Source: Nemertoderma westbladi (lineage: Eukaryota; Animalia; Xenacoelomorpha). From it: 64,000 bases of DNA. The notes beneath the pieces were generated by a model. The model worked only from the letters and a program-made list of their open reading frames with translations, searched no databases and was not told the DNA's origin. The position numbers were made by a program, and so were the translations under genes. The DNA is taken from assembly GCA_032718475.1 (NCBI GenBank), contig JAUCBJ010008954.1, positions 1-64,000 on the forward strand. Direction: 5' to 3'. Numbering within the stretch: the stretch's first letter is position 1; each line of letters starts with the position of its first letter. Of this stretch, positions 36,127 to 48,551 are shown piece after piece.

Positions 36127-36964
36127 GTGGTGGCGCTGTGGATGCTAGACATGAATGAACACGCGACCACAAAGGGTGGATGAAATGCACAAAGCACAAC
36201 AACTAGCAACAATAAGTAAAAGTGAGTATCAATCAGCAGTAATGAGGGACAATGAGAAACAAAGCGCACCAAAAAGCAAGAAGGAGGGCTAATGCTTGTA
36301 ATTACTTCGTCGTAGCAACTGCCATCGTAATTGTAAGAGGATAACTTATTACACATACACCATAACCCTTAATATAACAACCATTTTAGGGGGTCGGAGA
36401 CCCCCCCCCCCCCCCCCCCCCCCCCTATTTTTTTTCAAATATCAATAAAATGCTACGAAATTTGGTATGATGATAGATCGACACCTTTTCTTACTGGTGG
36501 CCTGGCCGAATTTTTTAATTTATGAGCTATTTCGATAGAACAAGCCGTTAAAAATCGTCTATTTCGCAATATTTAGCCATCTTCGTCAGCTTTATTTTTC
36601 GTCTTTGGAATGTAATCTAGATATCATTAGAACCGCCTTCAACTGCAGATTCCGAATATGAAACCCGTTGTAAATTTCACCAAGAACTTCTGGAGATATT
36701 ATCAAATTACTAAGGTGTAAATTTTTTGTGACGTAAATCGCTATAATTCTAATGTTTTTTTTTTTCAATTCTAGAATATTAATTATGGGTAATGAAAAAA
36801 CAAGAAGGAGAGTTTTAAACGCTCAGCTAAAAGCCATCTTATCTTTAGCCACAGGTAACTCACCTGACTGTCAGGGTCTATCAGTGGAACATCTAATTAA
36901 TGCAGATTGTGATGTAATAGCTAATGTGATTGGTGATAAAATACTTTCATATCTTTCATTTCAT

Positions 36965-37866
36965 ACTTTCATTATATGGGATTCCTGATGAAATTATTGC
37001 AGCAATCAGATCAGTATACGATGGTTCGACAACATTTGTGTCTACTGTTGACGGTGACACAGAACCATTTGAAGTGTTATGGGGCGTCCTCCAGGGAGAC
37101 ACACTTGCACCATTCTTGTTCATAATTGTTGTTGACTATGTTCTACGCATGTCCTTAGATCATCATAATGATGATGGGGTGATGATAACTCCACCTACTG
37201 GCTCCAGAAGTCGAGGAAATCCTGCCAAATACCTAACTGATCTAGACTTTGCTGATGACTTAGGAGTACTCTCAGAATCATTAGAGGGAGCCCAACGGCT
37301 CCTCAGCTCATTAGAACATGCTGCTTCTAGTGTTGGTCTTTTTATTAACTCCAGAAAGACCAACATTTTGAAAGTTAATTAACTTTGAAAGTCCTCAACA
37401 AGTCTCCGACCGGATGAGCATAAGCTCAAAGGATGGTATGCTTGAGAATGTGGACGACTTCAGTTACCTGGGATCATGGATCCGGAAGTACGGGAAACGA
37501 ATACGTAAGGGAAAGGCATTGGCAGCCTTGAATAGGCTTTCCAGGATTTGGAAGTCACATATAATTAGTAGGAAAGTTAAGGTCCGATTATGTAGAGCAG
37601 CAGTAGTTCCAGTACTCCTCTATGAGAGTCCAAGCTGGGCTATAACTGTTGAGGACACAAAATCTCTGGATGGCACATTCACAAGAATGCTACGCCGGGT
37701 TCATTGTGTCAAGTACAATGCACACATCTCCAACGAGACACTATATAACGTTGGAGGTGTCTCATTGGCTCCCCCAAGCTTGACACTAGAACAAAATCGC
37801 CTCCGCTTTGCAGGACATTGCTTACGCATTGCATTGCAATGCAGCATTCCGATCCTAGTAGTAGTA
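36965..37866 (+). mobile_element. 5'-truncated RTE-like LINE (same family as 33736-34708)
   Basis: YGIP, GVLQGDTLAPFLF, LDFADDL, DDFSYLGSWI. Internal deletion near the 3' end; (TAG)n tail. Confidence 0.92.
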
Positions 37867-38481
37867 CCTACATTTTCAATTATTTTTGAAACATGACGTG
37901 TATTTTATGTAAAACGATATGTATTTACATTTATTAATAATTATGTTACATGTTTTTCAAAAAAATGTTCTAGAAAAAAAAGTGTTCTAGAACAAAAATT
38001 TTTATCAAAATTTATAACTAACGCGTGTTCTATAACATTTATAAAAAAATGTAGAAAAACGTGCAACAATGAAAAAATAAAAAATGTGTTCTAGAACAAA
38101 AATATTTATCAAATTTGATAACTAACACGTGTTCTATAACATTTATAAAAAAAGTAGAAAAAACTAGCTAGTTGAAAAACTAAAAAATGTATTCTTGAAC
38201 AAAAATATTTTAATTTATAGCTTACACGTAATTTGAAAATGTATGCACCCATGTCGTATAAGTCCCATGCAGCAACATGTTTAAAACCTTTTATTACATT
38301 CCATTTTTATACTAGCTAATCTTTTATATTTTGAGTAATTTGATTTTATAAATAAATTACTATAGATGTTAGCTACTGTATTTAATTCGAAATATTGTTG
38401 TTTTTTCTTGAGTACAAGTTTCTCGTCGTGTGAGTTGTCCTGCAAAAAGTTGCAGAAACCAGTTTATGAAACGAAATCAAT

Positions 38482-41400
38482 TTGCAGCAACAAGATGCAA
38501 CAACAAGATTCCCGCGGGTGAGGAATCCAGCAACAAGTTGATCCGTGTGAGGAATCCAGCAACAAGTTTCCCGCGCGTGAGAAATCCAGCAACAAGTTTC
38601 CGCGTTTGCGGAATCCAGCAACAAGTTGCTCCGTGTGAGGAATCCAGCAACAAGTTGCTCCGTTTGAGGAATTCAGCAACAAGTTGCCCCGTGTGAGGAA
38701 TCTAGCAACAAGTTTCCCGCGCGTGAGGAATCCAGCAACAAAGTTCCTACAGGTGAGGAATCTAGCAACAAGTTGCTCCGTTTGAGGAATCCAGCAACAA
38801 GTTGCTGAGTGTGAGGAATCCAGCAACAAGTTTCCCACGAGTGAGGAATCCAGCAACAAGTTTCCCGCGTGTGAGGAATCCAGCAACAAGTTGCTCCGTG
38901 TGAGGAATCCAGCTATAAGTTGCTCCATGTGAGGAATCCAGCAACAAGTTGCTCCGTTTGAGGAATCCAGCAACAAGTTGCTCCGTGTGAGAAATCCAGC
39001 AACAAGTTTCCCGCGCGTGAGGAATCCAGCAAAAGTTTCCCGCGTGTGAGGAATCCAGCAACAAGTTGCTCCATTTGAGGAATCCACCAACAAGTTGCTC
39101 CGTTTGAGGAATCCAGCAACAAGTTGCTCCGTGTGAGAAATCCAGCAACAAGTTTCCCGCGCGTGAGGAATCCAGCAAAAAGTTTCCCGCGTGTGAGGAA
39201 TCCAGCAACAAGTTGCTCCATGTGAGGAATCCAGCAACAAGTTTCCGCGCGTGAGGAATCCAGCAACAAATTTCCTACAGGTGAGGAATCCAGCAACAAG
39301 TTGCTCCGTGTGAGGAATCCAGCAACAAGTTTCCCCATGTGAGAAATCCAGCAACAAGTTTCCCAAGGGTGAGGAAGCCAGCAACAAGTTTCCCGCGCGT
39401 GAGGAATCCAACAACAAGTTGCTCCATGTGAGGAATCCAGCAACAGGTTTCCCGCGTGTGAGGAATCCAGCAGCAAGTTGCTCCGTGTGAGGAATCCAGC
39501 AACAAGTTTCCGCGTGTGAGGAATCCAGCAACAAGTTTGCCGTGTGAGGAATCCAGCAACAAGTTTCCCGCGGGTAAAGAATCCAGCAACAAGTTTCCCG
39601 CGGGTGAAGAATCCAGCAACAAGTTTCCGCGTGTGAGGAATCCAGAAACAAGTTTCCGCGTGTGAGGAATCCAGCAACAAGTTTCAGCGTGTGAGGAATC
39701 CAGCAACAAGTTTGCCGTGTGAGGAATCCAGCAACATGTTTCCGCGTGTGAGGAATCCAGCAACAAGTTTGCCGTGTGAGGAATCCAGCAACAAGTTTCC
39801 CGCGGGTGAGGAATCCAGCAACAAGTTTGCCGTGTGAGGAATCCAACAACAAGTTTCCGCGTGTGAGGAATCTAGCTTGCACCGTGTGAGGAATCCAGTA
39901 ACAAGATTCCGTCTGTGAGGAATCCAGCAACAAGTTTCCCGCGCGTGAGGAATCCAGCAACAGGTTGCTCCGTGTGAGGAATCCAGCAAAAAGTTGCTCC
40001 GTGTGAGGAATCCAGCAACAAGTTTCCGCGTGTGAGGAATCTAGCAACAAGTTTCCGCGTGTGAGGAATCCAGCAACAAGTTGCTCCGTGTGAGGAATCC
40101 AGCAACAGGTTTCTGTGTGTGAGGAATCCAACAACAAGGTGCTCCGTGTGAGGAATCCAGCAACAATTTTCCCGCATGTGAGGAATCCAGCACCAAGTTG
40201 CTGCGTGTGAGGAATCCAGCAATAAGTTCCTGCGTGTGAGAAATTCAGCAACAAGTTTCCCGCGGGTGAGGAATCCAGCAACAAGTTTCCGCGTGTGAGG
40301 AATCCAGCAACAAGTTGCTCCGTGTGAGGAATCCAGCAACAAGTTTCCTGTGTGTGAGGAATCCAGCAACAAGTTGCTCCGTTTGAGGAAGCAAGCAACA
40401 AGTTGCTCCGTGTGAGGAATCCAGCAACAAGTTTCCGCGTGTGAGGAATCCAGCAACAAGATTCCCGCGGGTGAGGAATCCAGCAACAAGTTTCCGCGTG
40501 TGAGGAATCTAGCAACAAGTTTCCGCGTGTAAGGAATCCAGCAACAACTTGCTCCGTTTGAGGAATCCAGCAACAAGTTGCTCCGTTTGAGGAATCCAGC
40601 AATAAGTTTCCGCGTTTTAGGAATCCAGCAACAAGTTTCCCGCGGGTGAGGAATCTACCAACAAGTTTCCTCGTGTGAGGAATCCAGCAACAAGTTTCCG
40701 CATGTGAGGAATCCAGCAACAAGTTGCTCCGTTAGAGGAATCCAGCAACAAGTTTCCCGCGGGTGAGGAATCCAGCAACAAGTTTCCGCGTGTGAGGAAT
40801 CCAGCAACAAGTTTCCCGCGGGTGAGGAATCCAGCAACAAGATTCCGCGTGTGAGGAATCCAGCAACAAGTTTCCGCGTGTGAGGAATCCAGCAACAAGT
40901 TGCTCTGTGTGAGGAATCCAGCAACAAGTTGCAGCAACAAGTTTCCCGCGTGTGAGGAATCCAGCAATGTGACGAATCTAGCAACAAGTTTCCCGCGTGT
41001 GAGGAATCCAGCAACAAGTTCCTGCGTGTGAGGAATCCAGCAACAAGTTCCTGCGTGTGAGGAATTCAGCAACAAGTTCCTGCGTGTGAGAAATTCAGAG
41101 ACAAATTTTCCGTATGAGGAATCCAGCAACAAGTTCCTGCGTGTGAGGAATTCAGCAACAAGTTTGCCGTGTGAGGAATCCAGCAACAAGTTTCCCACGG
41201 GTGAAGAATCTAGCTAGCAACATGTTTCCACGTGTGAGGAATCCAGCAACAAGTTTCCGCGTGTGAGGAATCCAGCAACAAGTTTCCGCGTGTGAGGAAT
41301 TCAGCAACAAGTTTCTGTGGGTGAGGAATCCAGCAACAAGTTTCCCGCGCGTGAGGAATCCAGCAACAAGTTGCTCCGTGTGAGGAATCCAGCAACAAGT

Positions 41401-43568
41401 TTCCGCGTGTGAGGAATCCAGCAACAAGTTTGCCGTGTGAGGAATCCAGCAACAAGTTTCCGCGTGTGAGGAATCCAGCAACAAGTTTCCCGCGGGTGAA
41501 GAATCCAGCAACAAGTTTCCGCGTGTGAGAAATCCAGCAACAAGTTTCCGCGTGTGAGGAATCTAGCAACAAGTTTCCGCGTGTAAGGAATCCAGCAACA
41601 AGTTGCTCCGTTTGAGGAATCCAGCAACAAGTTGCTCCGTTTGAGGAATCCAGCAATAAGTTTCCGCGTGTGAGGAATTCAGCAACAAGTTTCCCGCGGG
41701 TGAGGAATCTACCAACAAGTTTCCTCGTGTGAGGAATCCAGCAACAAGTTTCCCGCAGGTGAGGAATCCAGCAACAAGATTCCGCGTGTGAGGAATCCAG
41801 CAACAAGTTTCCGCATGTGAGGAATCCAGCAACAAGTTTCCCGCAGGTGAGGAATCCAGCAACAAGATTCCGCGTGTGAGGAATCCAGCAACAAGTTTCC
41901 GCATGTGAGGAATCCAGCAACAAGTTGCTCCGTTAGAGGAATCCAGCAACAAGTTTGCCGTGTGAGGAATCCAGCAACAAGTTTCCCGCGGGTGAGGAAT
42001 CCAGCAACAAGTTTCCGCGTGTGAGGAATCCAGCAATAAGTTTCCCGCGGGTGAGGAATCCAGCAACAAGATTCCGCGTGTGAGGAATCCAGCAACAAGT
42101 TGCTCTGTGTGAGGAATCCAGCAACAAGTTTCAGCAACAAGTTTCCCGCGTGTGAGGAATCCAGCAATGTGACGAATCTAGCAACAAGTTTCCCGCGTGT
42201 GAGGAATCCAGCAACAAGTTTCCGCGTGTGAGGAATCCAGCAACAAGTTGCTCTGTGTGAGGAATCCAGCAACAAGTTGCAGCAACAAGTTTCCCGCGTG
42301 TGAGGAATCCAGCAATGTGACGAATCTAGCAACAAGTTTCCCGCGTGTGAGGAATCCAGCAACAAGTTCCTGCGTGTGAGGAATCCAGCAACAAGTTCCT
42401 GCGTGTGAGGAATTCAGCAACAAGTTCCTGCGTGTGAGAAATTCAGCAACAAATTTTCCGTATGAGGAATCCAGCAACAAGTTCCTGCGTGTGAGGAATT
42501 CAGCAACAAGTTTGCCGTGTGAGGAATCCAGCAACAAGTTTCCCACGGGTGAAGAATCTAGCAACATGTTTCCACGTGTGAGGAATCCAGCAACAAGTTT
42601 CCGCGTGTGAGGAATCAGCAACAAGTTTCCGCGTGTGAGGAATTCAGCAACAAGTTTCTGTGGGTGAGGAATCCAGCAACAAGTTTCCGCGTGTGAGGAA
42701 TCCAGCAACAAGTTTCCCGCGCGTGAGGAATCCAGCAACAAGTTTCCGCGTGTGAGAAATCCAGCAACAAGTTTCGCGTGTGAGGAATCCAGCAACAAGT
42801 TGCTCCGTGTGAGGAATCCAGCAACAAGTTTCCGCGTGTGAGGAATCCAGCAACAAGTTTGCCGTGTGAGGAATCCAGCAACAAGTTTCCGCGTGCGAGG
42901 AATCCAGCAACAAGTTTCCCGCGGGTGAAGAATCCAGCAACAAGTTTCCGCGTGTGAGAAATCCAGCAACAAGTTTCGCGTGTGAGGAATCCAGCAACAA
43001 GTTTGCCGTGTGAGGAATCCAGCAACAAGTTTCCGCGTGTGAGGAATCCAGCAACAAGTTTGCCGTGTGAGGAATCCAGCAACAAGTTTTCCGCGGGTGA
43101 GGAATCCAGCAACAAGTTTCCCGCGGGTGAGGAATCCAGCAACAAGTTTCCCGCGGATGAGGAATCCAGCAACAAGTTTGCCGTGTGAGGAATCCAGCAA
43201 CAAGTTTCCGCGTGTGAGGAATCCAGCAACAAGTTTCAGCGTGTGAGGAATCCAGCAACAAGTTTCCGCGTGTGAGGAATCCAGCAACAAGTTTGCCGTG
43301 TGAGGAATCCAGCAACAAGTTTCCCGCGGGTGAAGAATCCAGCAACAAGTTTCCCGCGGGTTAAGAATCCAGCAACAAGTTTCCGCGTGTGAGGAATACA
43401 GCAACAAGTTTCCGCATGTGAGGAATCCAGCAACAAGTTTGCCGTGTGAGGAATCCAGCAACAAGTTTCCCGCGCGTGAGGAATCCAGCAACAAGTTGCT
43501 CCGTTTGAGGAATCCAGCAACAAGTTTCCCGCTGGTGAAGAATCCAGCAACAAGATTCCACGTGTGAG
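38482..43568. repeat. 28-30-bp satellite (~5.1 kb)
   Basis: Unit GTGAGGAATCCAGCAACAAGTTTCCGCGT, with block duplications (e.g. ~40920-41300 vs ~42270-42660). Confidence 0.97.
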
Positions 43569-44129
43569 GGATGGAAGATAAATATATTAGGACCTCAATA
43601 ACGTATCTTCTATACTCAATCTACTCTTGTATTGAGCATTACACACATCGGCATTTTAGACCTAAATAAAACTCTGACAACTTGTGCAATACACTCCAAC
43701 ATAATAGTTGAATAGTTGAACTGCGCTGTTTCTGGATAGTTTTTTTTTCTTGTCGAATAACATTAAAAATTATGATGGCAATTTTCGAAATATGTATAAT
43801 GCAGGTAGAGAGAGGTGCGTGATTTTGTTTTAACATTGTTACCTCCTTTAATAATGGCATTAAAAACGCGAAAAAAAAAACAGTATGTACTTTCCAATAA
43901 TGCAGTTAAACAATGGAAACATGATGAACAGATTAACTTTTAGTTTAATGAGGATGTTTTGTTACATTAATTTTTACTAAAGTCATCAAATTTAATTTTT
44001 CACTCACCAATCTGATAAGGGTCACAATGGATATCGAAAGTAATTACTGCACATAGCTGACATAAATAATTTGTACCTCCCTACTGCCATCATACTGATA
44101 AGTACAGTAAGAACTAGAACAGCACCATT

Positions 44130-47100
44130 ATGGAAGAATCATGTTCCTTCACTGGGGTAATAATAACATCATATTCAACTAATAATTCATTAAACTGTAT
44201 CAACTGCCAACCACTCGAGGAAGGATCTGTCTCTACAACTCGACGTAGACTGATTTTCTCTGAGTTATTAGCCGTTGTTGACTGGAAGAATGTGCCTGAT
44301 GGTGAAGGAAGTGATGGCAGTGCTACTGGAAACATACATGTCATAGATTGCATGTCACAAGTTACATTTGATATAATAAAATATTCAGTTCTCATTCAAA
44401 ATAGTCACAGTGAATACACCTACGCTCCATATCGTAAAACACACAATGATCGTGAATACAGTTATTCAATATATTTCAAAAATTATATGGAATTTATGAG
44501 ATTTCAAAATATTTACTATAAAGAATGGCTCCCTATGTATTTTTCTGGTGTTGTAATAACAAAATCTGCAAATCAAAAAGATAATATAAAAGTTAGGCTT
44601 TACAGGGAGGGAAAACTATTAGATTTTAATGTACGTGGCGTGGACAGTACAATGACTGACGATGTAATTAATGTTAATGAACGAATCTTCACCATGAGTA
44701 AAGATAATATCATTACCTATACAGGTTGGCAAACATGGACTACCAGTAATACCGGTATACATATGGAGAATGAGTTGTCATTTTGGTTCACAAAATTAGA
44801 AGAGATTACAGATGTAAATCTTGATGACGGAATAGTTGAAGTTACAAAAGGGAATGACCATAATAAATTCCACTTTGATAAAGCTACACCCACAAAACGT
44901 TACCGAGAACCATTTATTGAACCGGGTTCAGTAGGGGAGTTTATTCAAATAGTTGAATATCACCTCAAACAATTGCCTATACGTTCGCCTATACCGATGT
45001 TTCTGAAAGATAATAAGAGATCACAACTTCCATCGATACCCTTAGAACAAGATAAGGTTAGCATTACATTGATTCATGGTTCAGAAATCAAAGTGACGGC
45101 ATTGTTTAAGGGGACAAGATTAAAGCCCATATACTTTCTGATCAGAGAGTTTAAATTTTCTAAATACCAGAATGACGCACAATATGGAACTTGGTTCTGT
45201 CATATAGGCACACCAACGATGAGAAGTAAAAAATATCCAATAGATATTTTCTCAAAATCATCCTTTAAAAAATATAAAGATTACCTGAAAATATATTTTG
45301 ATGATAGCAAAAACAATATGTACAGCTGCAAGATCAGGTTCACTTCTCGTGATGACTTTGATGCTATCATTAAATACTTGGATACATTTCTTAGTTGCAG
45401 AAATGTTGCAGAGAAAAGCACTACCGGTACTACTTCCAGTCAGAGCAGCACCATTATGGAGGAACCCCGTTCATTTACAGGTGTAATGATAACAGCATAT
45501 TCTAATAATAATACACTAAGTTGTATCAACTGCCAACCATTTGAAAAGGGATCTGTCTCTACAACTCGACGTAGACTGATTTTCTCTGAGTTATTAGCCG
45601 TTGTTGACTGGAAAAATGTGCCTGATGGTGAAGGAAGTGATGGCAGTGCTACTCATGGAAACATACATGTCATAGATTGCATGTCACAAGTTACATTTGA
45701 TATAAAAAAATATTCAGTTCTCATTCAAAATAGTAACATTGAATACATTTATCCTCCATACAGTAAAACACTAAATGATAGTGAATACAGTTATTCAATA
45801 TATTTCAAAAATTATATGGAATTTATGAGATTTCAAAATATTTACTATAAAGAATGGCTCCCAATGTATTTTTCTGGTGTTGTAGTAACAAAATCCGCAA
45901 ATCAAAAAGATGATATAAAAGTTAGGCTTTACAGAGAGGGTAAACTATTAGATTTTAATGTACGTGGCGTGGACAGTACAATGACTGACGATGTAATTAA
46001 TGTTAATGAACGAATCTTCACCATGAGTAAAGATAATATCGTTACCTATACAGGTTGGCAAACATGGACTACCAGTAATACCGGTATACATGTGGAGAAT
46101 GAGTTGTCATTTTGGTTCACAAAATTAGAAGAAATTACAGATGTAAATCTTGATGACGGAATAGTTGAAGTTACAAAAGGAAATGATCAGTATAAACTCT
46201 ATTTTGATAAACTGACACCTACTACATTATCTAAAGAAGGTCAATTAGTTGTTGAACACGGTTCAGTGGGAGAATTTATTCAAATAGTTCAATATCACCT
46301 CAAACAACTACCTATACATTCGCCTATACCGATGTTTCTGAAAGATAAGAGACCACAACTTCCATCAATACCATTAGAACAAGATAAGGTTAGCATTAGA
46401 TTGATTTATGGTTCAGAAATAAAAGTGGCGGCATTGTTTAAGGGGATAAGATTAAAGCCCATATACTTTCTGATCAGAGAGTTTAAGTTTACAAAATACC
46501 AGAATGACGAAGAATGTGGAAGTTGCATCTGTCATTTACGCTCACCCACGATGAGAAGTAAAGGAGATCCAATAGATATTTTCTCAAAATCATTCTTTAA
46601 AAAATATAAAGATTACCTGAAAATATATTTTGATGATAACAAAAACAATATGTACAGCAACAGCTGCAAGATCAGGTTCACTTCTCGTGATGACTTCGAT
46701 GCTATCATTAAATACTTGGATACATTTCTTAGTTGCAGAGATATTGCAGAGAAAAGCACTACAGGTACTACTTCCAGTCAGAGCAGCACCATTATGGAGG
46801 AACCCCGTTCATTTACAGGTGTAATGATAACAGCATATTCTAATAATAATACACTAAGTTGTATCAACTGCCAACCATTTGAAAAGGGATCTGTCTCTAC
46901 AACTCGACATAGATATATTTTTAAATTATTTGTCATTGTTGACTGGAAGAACGTGGCTGATGGTGAAGGAAGTGACGGCAGTGCTACTGGAAATGGTCAC
47001 ATAATTGATAATATGTCGAAAGTTATATTTGATAACAAAAAATATTCAGTTCTCATACAAAATAGTCACACTGAATACACCTACCCTCCATATCGTAAAA

Positions 47101-48092
47101 CACAAAATAATCGTGAAACACAAAATGATCGTAAATACAGATATTCAATATATTTCAAATATTATATTGATTTTAAAAGATTTCAAAATATTTACTATAA
47201 AGAATGGCTCCCTATGTATTTTTCTGGTGTTGTAATAACAAAATCCGCAAATCAAAAAGATGATATAAAAGTTAGGCTTTACAAGGAGGGAAAACTACTA
47301 GATTTTAAAGCGCGTGATAAAGACACAATGACTAACGAAGTAATTACTGTTAATGAACGAATCTTCACCATGAGTAAAGATAATATCGTTACCTATACTG
47401 GTTGGCAAAGATGGACTACCAGAAATATACATGTGGAGAATGAGTTGTCATTTTGGTTCACAAAATTAGAAGAAATTACAGATGTAAATCTTGATGACGG
47501 AATAGTTGAAGTTACAAAAGGGAATGAACATAATAAATTCCACTTTGATAAAGCTACACCCACAAAACGTTACCGAGAACCATTTATTGAACCGGGTTCA
47601 GTAGGGGAGTTTATTCAAATAGTTGAATATCACCTCAACCAACTACCTTCACATTCGCCTATACTGATGTTTCTGAAAGATAACAGTCCTCAACTTCCAA
47701 TGATACCAGTAGAACAAGATAGGGTTAGAGTTAGATTGCTTCGTGGTGATCTATTATCAAAAACACTTACCCTTGATGTGAGGGTGTTGTTTAAGGGAAA
47801 AGAGTTGGGTCCAATTTACATACCAATCAATAAGTTTGAGTTGTCAAAATTGCCAATTGACAAACAACACGGAAATGTTGACAAACCCATGACAAGAAGT
47901 GAGGACGATCCTTTCGATATTACTTCACAGTTTTATGTTCACAAATATTTGGGGAATCTGGAAATTCATGTTGATGAATGCAATAAAAAAGATATGTACA
48001 GCTGCAATATCAAGTTTAGTACACAGGATGGCTTAGATAAATTCAACCGTTACATAGAAACATTTTTGTGTGGTATTGAAACTGCTGAATAG
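44130..48092 (+). CDS. Orphan 1320-aa protein with three ~445-aa tandem repeats
   Basis: Intact 3963-nt ORF. Repeats start at 44130, 45456 and 46794; indels between copies keep frame. Confidence 0.85.
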   Translation: MEESCSFTGVIITSYSTNNSLNCINCQPLEEGSVSTTRRRLIFSELLAVVDWKNVPDGEGSDGSATGNIHVIDCMSQVTFDIIKYSVLIQNSHSEYTYAPYRKTHNDREYSYSIYFKNYMEFMRFQNIYYKEWLPMYFSGVVITKSANQKDNIKVRLYREGKLLDFNVRGVDSTMTDDVINVNERIFTMSKDNIITYTGWQTWTTSNTGIHMENELSFWFTKLEEITDVNLDDGIVEVTKGNDHNKFHFDKATPTKRYREPFIEPGSVGEFIQIVEYHLKQLPIRSPIPMFLKDNKRSQLPSIPLEQDKVSITLIHGSEIKVTALFKGTRLKPIYFLIREFKFSKYQNDAQYGTWFCHIGTPTMRSKKYPIDIFSKSSFKKYKDYLKIYFDDSKNNMYSCKIRFTSRDDFDAIIKYLDTFLSCRNVAEKSTTGTTSSQSSTIMEEPRSFTGVMITAYSNNNTLSCINCQPFEKGSVSTTRRRLIFSELLAVVDWKNVPDGEGSDGSATHGNIHVIDCMSQVTFDIKKYSVLIQNSNIEYIYPPYSKTLNDSEYSYSIYFKNYMEFMRFQNIYYKEWLPMYFSGVVVTKSANQKDDIKVRLYREGKLLDFNVRGVDSTMTDDVINVNERIFTMSKDNIVTYTGWQTWTTSNTGIHVENELSFWFTKLEEITDVNLDDGIVEVTKGNDQYKLYFDKLTPTTLSKEGQLVVEHGSVGEFIQIVQYHLKQLPIHSPIPMFLKDKRPQLPSIPLEQDKVSIRLIYGSEIKVAALFKGIRLKPIYFLIREFKFTKYQNDEECGSCICHLRSPTMRSKGDPIDIFSKSFFKKYKDYLKIYFDDNKNNMYSNSCKIRFTSRDDFDAIIKYLDTFLSCRDIAEKSTTGTTSSQSSTIMEEPRSFTGVMITAYSNNNTLSCINCQPFEKGSVSTTRHRYIFKLFVIVDWKNVADGEGSDGSATGNGHIIDNMSKVIFDNKKYSVLIQNSHTEYTYPPYRKTQNNRETQNDRKYRYSIYFKYYIDFKRFQNIYYKEWLPMYFSGVVITKSANQKDDIKVRLYKEGKLLDFKARDKDTMTNEVITVNERIFTMSKDNIVTYTGWQRWTTRNIHVENELSFWFTKLEEITDVNLDDGIVEVTKGNEHNKFHFDKATPTKRYREPFIEPGSVGEFIQIVEYHLNQLPSHSPILMFLKDNSPQLPMIPVEQDRVRVRLLRGDLLSKTLTLDVRVLFKGKELGPIYIPINKFELSKLPIDKQHGNVDKPMTRSEDDPFDITSQFYVHKYLGNLEIHVDECNKKDMYSCNIKFSTQDGLDKFNRYIETFLCGIETAE

Positions 48093-48551
48093 TACTAATC
48101 CAGTTACTAGGCCTATATTAAATATAAAACGTTCTAAACAATAAATCATAATATAATTATTGTTCAACAGTTAGTTATCTGTAATTATTTTATTATAAAA
48201 TTTCCATATATACCTGTATTTGTTAATTTTGACACAATTACTGAGACCAAATCTACAGTATGAGCTACCGATTTGTAGCATAAGAAGCTTGGCATCAGTG
48301 ATCCTGTTATAGATGGTATATATATATATAAATTTGTTATTAAATACAAATTGGCAATACACCGCGCCCTGTAATATACCTAGTGTCATAATTCAGTGAT
48401 ATGTCCTCCCACTTATTTTACAAATCTTACTTGAGATTGCCTGAAATTTGAAACAGAGTTTCACCTCTCTCATTACTGGGTCAGTCCGAATTTATATTTC
48501 TAATTTTGGCCTCACATAGAGAAACTACGACTAGAGAGCCCTGAAGGTAAA

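Noticed and set aside
36364-36800. Possible piggyBac-like MITE starting TAACCCTT, and nearby poly-C run
   Set aside because: No matching opposite terminus or TSD was found.
38382-43561. Long LLLDSSHAETCCWIPH ORFs (up to 752 aa)
   Set aside because: The satellite unit lacks stops on the minus strand in all frames, and 28/29/30-bp variants shift frame freely.
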